DNA of 43,862 nucleotides from Catajapyx aquilonaris (Eukaryota): NCBI GenBank assembly GCA_000934665.2, contig JYFJ02003302.1, positions 1 to 43,862 of the forward strand, read 5' to 3'. Shown piece by piece: positions 36,776 to 43,862 of this stretch (position 1 is its first letter; each line of letters starts with the position of its first letter). The notes under the pieces were generated by a model. It saw only the letters and a program-made list of their open reading frames with translations, ran no database searches and was not told where the DNA came from. The position numbers and the translations under genes were made by a program.

Positions 36776-37414
36776 TAGTGGTTCCCAAACTGTGCTCCGC
36801 GGAAGCGTTGAGAATAACAGAATAACATGACACTTTTGCAAAAAATAAAAAATAAAAAATTAAAAAATTAAAAAATTTTAAAAAAAATAATAAAAATCGC
36901 TTGTCCACCTGGCCTTGAACGAATTTTTCACCGCAAGTGGCATTTCATGGAACAACTGCTTCAATGTAGTGGGTTAAACTCAAACCCCGAAAATGGCCAC
37001 TGAGCGAAAATAAACGAGCGTTTCGCGGAATGCTCGGTTTCAAACGAGCAGAACCCGAAATGCTAATTTTTAAAAGACCAGAACGCATTTCTGGACTGCA
37101 CAAAAATGTCAGGAAGCGAAATTAGTGTCGTGGCTGATTCAGAATGAGGGGGAATGAAGGAGGCGGGGATGCTATCAGTTACATTCACCTAAGATTGTGT
37201 GACCTTGAACCATTATTATTATTTTTCGCCTGCGGCGGGCTTGGTTCACTCTTCTCATTCATCTTCCCCGTCGCCCCGGGTGCCACATCCTCTTGCTACG
37301 CCCCTGTGATGTAAGCCCTACCTAAAGCCCACAGGGATGTCATGCAGGGGCTCCGATGTCAATTTTTTTTTTCGAGAAAGGGCGTTATGGCCCCGAAAAG
37401 TTTGGGAACCACTG
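36776..37414. mobile_element. hAT-like non-autonomous element
   Basis: TAGTGGTTCCCAAACT ... AGTTTGGGAACCACTG; imperfect TSD CACTAGGC/GACTGGGC; shares TCAGTTACATTCACCTAAGATTGTGTG with the 24206 element. Confidence 0.8.
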
Positions 37415-38475
37415 GACTGGGCTATACCGACTACATTGGGAGCCACAGGTGTATGGCCACCGTCCAGCAAAAGCCGGATTGTATCCTGACAACTATGCGA
37501 CCCAACCGCCATCAGTGTGTCACGGTCAGCCTAAGCAGCGGCGCAAATGTCGGATCGATCCCCCGGCATTTCAATCCCCATCTTTTTTTTGACATTCACA
37601 CCGAGCAGCAGGGGCGGCATTGACGGTGGGGGCAAAGTGCGGAAATGCAGTGATGCGTTAGGAGGCCGGCTGGAGTGCTGGACAGGTACCACGCTCCCGT
37701 AGAGGACGTACTGACCGGCCGGACCAAAGGGCAAGAGGGCGATATGAGTGAGTAAATTCGAGAGGGAAAGGAGGGTGTGTGGCCACTAAGATCGGTGCCG
37801 TACTCCGGAAACGAGCCGGATCAATAAGTCAGATGGGTGGGGCCGACTCCAGGTACTAGGTGATCCCGGTGCATCCGACCAAAGAATTTTCCGGCGGTTT
37901 TTGCGGCGTACCCGGCTGGCTGTGTGCCTATTTTGAGGTCGAGTCAGTTTTTGCCATGGGTTTTTCCCCCCCCCGTAAGATGGGGGGGCGGAGAGCGGGA
38001 GAGGCGGTATTTATTCAGAGTGGAGCACAGCGTGGAGTACACTACACGGTGCGCTGATGCGAAGGCCGTTCCGGTGGCCGGTGCGGGTGATGTCATAGGA
38101 TATTTTGATGTGACAACAGCCGGTATGGCCAGGGAAAATGCGATTCGGATCCCCGGATTGACAGGGTGGATAGGTACGGTTTTTTAAATATCTGTAGGAC
38201 GTGAGAATACGTGAATTCTTGGGTCCGACCTGGCTTGGGAAAGGTTGGGAGTACCTTGCCCTGGTTGCAAGTGGATGTCGGCCAGAGTGTGTGATGCAGG
38301 CGGCCTTGTGTCAGCCGGCAGGAACAGTTATTTTCCCAGCATGTGGCCTTGCAGTGTGTAATGTTTCACACCTCTGTCAACACGTCACTTTTTTTCCCCG
38401 GACGCTATAATTGCCATCCCTCGTCGATCGCTAGTGCTGGGGGTAATGTGAGACTAACAGAGTGTTTGTTTACAG

Positions 38476-38560
38476 AGGAGAAGAGGATAGGAAACAATGG
38501 CTTCTATGCTGCTCCAGAGGCGGAAAAGTCTCAGTTGACTTCACAGGTGAAGGCTAGAAG
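38476..38560 (+). other. Putative internal exon of the third gene (contains uORF MASMLLQRRKSLS*)
   Basis: ACTAAC branch point (38453-38458), TTTACAG acceptor, AAG|GTATGG donor; one frame is fully open (EEKRIGNNGFYAAPEAEKSQLTSQVKAR). Confidence 0.6.
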
Positions 38561-38906
38561 GTATGGTCATGCTTGTTCAGTGCTCATGTTCTGCCAGGGG
38601 GGAATAGTCTGGGGGATGATCTTTTGTGGATCAGTTTTGGATTTGTGCTTTTTGTTTTGTGGGAAATTTTAAATGACAGTGAATGACTCCTATTATTGCT
38701 TCGGCCTGAGAATTGTACTGACGCCACAATGGATAATGGCTTCAACAATGAAAAATCTGTGAGGTCAGTATGCTTCTCCAGGTGAATCAATAATACAAAT
38801 TCTTGACATTGTGTTTATCTGTGTTTGTGCTTGATGAGAACCACAGGTAATTATGTAGTGTGCCAGTTGCTAATTTGACCTTGAAACATAATTAATGTGC
38901 CTGTAC

Positions 38907-38997
38907 TCATCAGTCCAAAAAGAACTGTCCCAGTCATCCTGACGTGTGGGCAGCACACACATCAGGATGACTGGGACAATTCTTTTTGGACTGATGA
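38907..38997. repeat. Near-perfect hairpin with a ~40-bp stem
   Basis: TCATCAGTCCAAAAAGAACTGTCCCAGTCATCCTGA ... TCAGGATGACTGGGACAATTCTTTTTGGACTGATGA. Confidence 0.9.
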
Positions 38998-39398
38998 TAC
39001 TGTAGAATGTGAATATGCTCAATAAGAGATATTCCTTGTAATAACTGAGGACAAGTGTAATTATGTAAAGATGCTAATGATCCATGAAAAAGTGGCAGTT
39101 TTCAGAATAAGAAAAAAAGCTGATTTTCACAATAATAATAATGCATGCCATTACTTTATTTGTACACCAGTGAACATGAAGGGTGTTTTGTGTTCTGTCA
39201 CATTACTTTGCATGCAATAATGTGAGTTGCTTAAAAAGGTGTTGGAAAAGGATCATGCAATAACCATTTGCCTTTTAAACTTTGTTAATTATGCTGGTTG
39301 GCTGTCTTAATGCAACTTGTAATGCTATTGTAGACATATTAGGTGGGAAGTCAATCACAATACATAGTTAAATGACGGTGTTAAATTAAGCTTATGTA

Positions 39399-39588
39399 CA
39401 GGGTGTTTCAATTTTTTGTCTGGACAGTTATCAGAAATATTGCACTAAGCTGCTACTTTGTAAGCAGTGTATGCCACTTCAACCTAAGATTCCTCCGACA
39501 AACCAGTTTCAAGTCACTGCTTACAAAATAGCAGCTTATAGTGCAATATTTCCGATAACTGTTCGGACAAAAAAGTTGAAACACCCTG
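39399..39588. mobile_element. Tc1/mariner-type MITE
   Basis: TA|CAGGGTGTTTCAATTTTTTGTC ... GACAAAAAAGTTGAAACACCCTG. Confidence 0.85.
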
Positions 39589-41202
39589 CATTTGAAAAGG
39601 TTTCTTTTTCCTTTATTAATGGGAAATTATCATTCACTATGGACACTTTGAGCTACTATTGTACTGATTTAAAAGGCTAACATTAAAATCAGGCAAGCTC
39701 GTAACACAATGTTGAGGACTCTTTTATATGAGATATGGTTCAGTATCATTATTAATAGAATACTTGCATTTGTGTTCAGGTACAATTTCGGGTACTGCAT
39801 GTGATGGTCATTCTGATGTGTGATCAAACGATGCTTACAGTGCCAACAAATGGAATGTGTGATGACAGATAAGAAAATAGAGTGCAGTTTTTCCCCTCTC
39901 CTGAAAGGTTTCAGTGATGCACATTATTTACAACAATGATGTGCCTGTTATGGCCAACCTAGTTATGAGATCATGGAGGTCAAACATAGGAGTGTGTATA
40001 GATAGTTGATATCAATTTTTTCTAAATAGTCATGTTTACAGAGGATTATGGCCTGTGCAATGTGCAAGGAAAGTGTTTTAAGGGTGTGTCCAACTCCATA
40101 TTTGTTATCCGATGTTATAGCCCCGGAAATAACAGCAAGACAATATTCATTTTCTCATGGTATGAATGTACCCATTGAAGACAAGTTATTTTTAGAATAA
40201 ATGTAATAATAAACACAGTACAACCTTGAACTGTAATAGCTCATCTGATGGCTGCACTGGGGGGGGGGGGGGGGGGGGTTNTCTCTGGTACATGTTGACA
40301 GAAAACATGCCATAGAAGTTCTCTCAGAGCTTGATTGATAGCATCATTGTTATACCAAATATGAGGCAGTACTACAAGCACTGCTTTAGTGTACACTGGA
40401 TTTATGGGATATATGTAGAGAAATGTGGCCAAGTGTACACCAGATTTACAAAGTTGTTACCCCCTTGGCCTATTCATATACAACAAATGCTAACATAGTC
40501 TAAGTCATCATTGACTATAAGAGAAATGACTACTGGTAGTGTCAAATATTAAGACGGGGATAAAGAGAATCCGGACTTCTTCGAGTTCCAACTCGGGCCG
40601 AAAGAGGGGACAGTGGATCCCACCCTCCCTACACAAAAGAAGGTCCCTCGAGGCACAATAAAAACCGTGAAAATTAGGGTTCCCCAACTTCTAGTAGTTC
40701 TCAAATCAGTCAAATTTTGACAAAATTATTATTTGCCGAAAGGTTATAGCTAAATATAAAAATCGGCTTCACGGGTCCGGAGCACCTCATTTTTCCGCAT
40801 TTTTGGGTGCTTGTTACGACATCACTTAAAATTTTACGATGGCGTAAATTACTCCCGAATGCAAATGACTTTTTAAAATACTACATTAAGAATATGGGAA
40901 AAGTACATCACACATGTGTAAGAGAGAGGTCAGTTACACTTACACAAATAAAATAAACCGGTTCTGCTGTTGTTAGTTAGTGAGAACTTTACTCCCAAAT
41001 TCTCTTTGTCCCACACTTAACCCATCCAGGCAATATGATTGAATGTCTTGCAAGTCACATGTGGGTTCCTGTACTATTCAGAAATGGACCAGCATGCAAG
41101 TTATTGTTGCAATAATTGTATTCCATCTTCCTTACAAGATAAAATTTGGTTGGGGAATTTTAACATTCACATGATGCTTATCATGATGGCTTACATTTAC
41201 AG

Positions 41203-41272
41203 GCAGGGTGGTAGGCTGCAGGGCCAAGATTGGTGGAGATTACGTGGCGGTTCTGAATCACACGTCAAAACA
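41203..41272 (+). CDS. Putative coding exon of the unidentified third gene
   Basis: TTTACAG acceptor (alternative CAG 4 nt downstream); QGGRLQGQDWWRLRGGSESHVKT; GTAAGT donor in phase with the 43031 exon. Confidence 0.55.
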
Positions 41273-42449
41273 GTAAGTATCAAGTTCTGTAAAAGGACAT
41301 ATAAAAAATCATTACCCTTGTAGGGAAATTCCTCTGAGTTTGATGTTCTGTGAGAACCAAGCCCTAGATATCTGTTTGCATTGATGTTAGTAGTAGTTTA
41401 GCTTCTCTGACCACATGCATGGGTTTATAATGCACTTCTTTTTACCCCAACACACATCTACTTCAGTTCCTTTAGAGCCTATGTTTCTTACATGAGCCGG
41501 AAAATGTTGCAAGTTACAGTTGAGCTACTGTAGTGTCGGGAAATAGACAGACAGAAGGCTGGGCATGACTCAGAGGTAGAGAAGAGCAAGGACCCCCAAA
41601 ACTACAGCTTGGGCCTTCCCATTTATAAATAATGCTTGCTTTTGGCTTCCCACCAATGTTGGTGCACAACATCACATGCCATGTGAATGGCATAAACAAC
41701 CCTAATGTAATCCATGGATGGGCAGTAAAATGACAGGACAGCAGTAAAATCTTTAAAGATGTAATTAGAATGAGTGTTCATGCTAATAGAGTAGCATGTG
41801 CATGTATTTGTTATTACTGTGACTGGTTCTGAGGATGTGCACTTCAGTGTTGTTTTGTAAAACTTGAATCCATAAATAACCAATGAATGATGATAAGGAA
41901 TTGATGAAATTCAATAATAACAAGTTGATTTTTGTTATGTCTCACATAATTGATGATGACCATGCATACAGTTGGGACCATTTATAACCCAGGATACAAT
42001 TAGTTAAGGGGTGGGATGGAGCATGTTAGAAAGGGAGATGCTGGTGCAGTTGTAAATACAACGGCTTAGATGGTCATTTTGTGCCTTCCTCCAAGTGGGT
42101 AGCGTATAGGAGACAATTTATAGCTTGAAAGACCCAGTTCCACATGCACAAGAAAGTGAAGCTGAGATTTGGGGTCAAACCCAGGAACTTTCTGTCTATA
42201 GGAACAAGTGTTCAAACTTTCCCGTTTACAAATGGAGCAAATGTGGTTTGTATTATGTAGACAGTAGCTTAAGTCTCTTGACTGTATTAAATAGAAGCTT
42301 GGTAGGTCATTTAAAGTATACAGGTGGGTTTGTGTAATAATTGTATGTACTATCAGTCCACCAAGAATTGTCGCAGCGGCAGCGCATGAACTACAGTTAC
42401 GAGCACTTCCGGGGGGAGAAGTCAATGGAGAAGTGCTCGTAGACTGTAG

Positions 42450-42800
42450 TTCTGAGACCAGCCCCCCCCCCCCCTTTTTTTTTTGTGTGTGTGTGTGTGT
42501 GTGAGCTTAGCTGATCTCCCCCACCAAGGGGGGGTTTGCCACTGGTGGCGCTAGGATCACACACCAAAATAGGTGGCGCTGACACTAGCTGAACAATTTT
42601 GGTCAACTCCGATTGGCTGGAGTAGCGAATTGGCTAATCAGCCAATCTGAGTCGACCAAACTGGTTCAGAATTTCCCGCTAGTGGTAGCGCCACCTATTT
42701 TGGTTTAGGATCCTAGCGCCGCTCCCTTGGTACGGGAGATCAGCTAAGCTCACAGGGGAGCAACGTATGAGGTACACGAGTGACTGGGGGCTGTCTGAGA
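42450..42800. mobile_element. Foldback/MITE-like inverted repeat with an internal (GT)n run
   Basis: GTGAGCTTAGCTGATCTCCC ... GGGAGATCAGCTAAGCTCAC (42501-42753), with nested inverted arms. Confidence 0.75.
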
Positions 42801-43030
42801 CCATCACTTCGCCATCACTGTTAACATGTACCCTGTTGTATGTGGTGAGAGAAACATCATGGGAATTATAAGGAGGAGAGTTACTACTTGATTTATTATT
42901 TATTCCCCTTCAATCTGATTACCATAAATAGTTTTATTTTCATTTCATCTACTCTTAGCACATTAAGTTACATTCAGTACCTGCAATAGTGAGCTTATGT
43001 GGTATAGATTTGTGTTATGCATGGTTTCAG

Positions 43031-43195
43031 TATGCCTATGATGCTGAGTTAAAGCAGCATGAATGGAAGCTGAAATGGTTTCTGAAGGAGACAAAATTGC
43101 AGAAAATTGTGCCAGAGGTGCGTCGTGAAGAATCCAAAGTACAGCCAGAACTTGATGTTGAGGATATGGAGGGTGGACGAGAGGAAGATGATGAG
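43031..43195 (+). CDS. Putative coding exon of the unidentified third gene
   Basis: TTTCAG acceptor; 55 open codons YAYDAELKQHEWKLKWFLKETKLQKIVPEVRREESKVQPELDVEDMEGGREEDDE; GAG|GTATGT donor; purine-rich exon composition. Confidence 0.7.
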
Positions 43196-43862
43196 GTATG
43201 TTTCTAATAATTTGTTAATGCTGAGGTAGGCAACCTTGTCTTTCTGTGGTAATTTTTTAACTTATATAATTACCGCGGCCCTGCGCGACCCCCAGGTTGG
43301 GAACCGCTGCCCTAGATATTGCCTGATAAAACAATACTAACAAATTAGGATTGTAATAAGGAACAAATACATCCTGGTCTCTCGTCAAATATGGTTGCCT
43401 CCCTCTGTTTTGGGTTGTGAATCGTGATGTGTGAACAACAAAACAATTTCAGAAAAGTTTGTATTTGGTAGATACTCCCTGATAAGATAAAACTCCCTGT
43501 ACTATCAAGAGGAAAATTTTAATAATATATGCAATTAATTTCAGATCATGAAAAGCTGTGACCAATTCATAATAATTATGACCACCTACATTAATGTCAT
43601 TTTGAATTGAGACCCTGAAATTTTAATACAAGGTGCAGTCATTAAGTTCGAAGCCCGAATTAAATCTCGGCTCCCATTTAACATATCACGGCCAAATATT
43701 TATGGCACATCGAGACACTCTTTAGGGTGCAGAGGAAAAAAAAAAAGGGCGCTGGCTCATATTCTATAATAGTTCTGGTCGTTTTCCCGAGAGGGCACGC
43801 GGGAGTTCGGCGATGAGAATAAATAACACAAAATGGCGCCTGAGCGGAGGTTTGAGGAGCAA

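Noticed and set aside
43043..43090. Resemblance of HEWKLKWFLKE to the eRF1 N-terminus (EIWKIKKLIKSL)
   Set aside because: Similarity is limited to a few residues and the following sequence lacks the eRF1 ARGNGTSMISL motif.

Overview
Eukaryotic, intron-containing, repeat-rich genomic DNA, most likely an arthropod (insect-type tRNA-SINE core, DRE promoter motifs, abundant TA/TTAA/8-bp-TSD MITEs). Host genes: a complete 3-exon SEM1/DSS1 gene (+, 7812-9013), a complete 3-exon TMED7/p24-gamma gene (-, 25315-16674), and the 5' exons of an unidentified + strand gene (about 31.2 kb to beyond the window) with a uORF-rich leader. The rest is largely nested Tc1/mariner, pogo/Tigger, hAT and piggyBac derivatives plus two SINE families. 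The main unexplained signal is a heavily decayed, MITE-interrupted reading frame whose motifs, order and spacing resemble a negative-strand RNA virus L polymerase (chuvirus/Mononegavirales-like endogenous viral element). It occurs as two non-overlapping halves on opposite strands either side of TMED7, which an approximately 15 kb inversion would rejoin. Also notable: a ~180 bp imperfect inverted repeat starting 13 nt after the TMED7 stop, and twin uORFs ending RRxSLS-UGA-CU. All homology calls are by eye, with no searches run.
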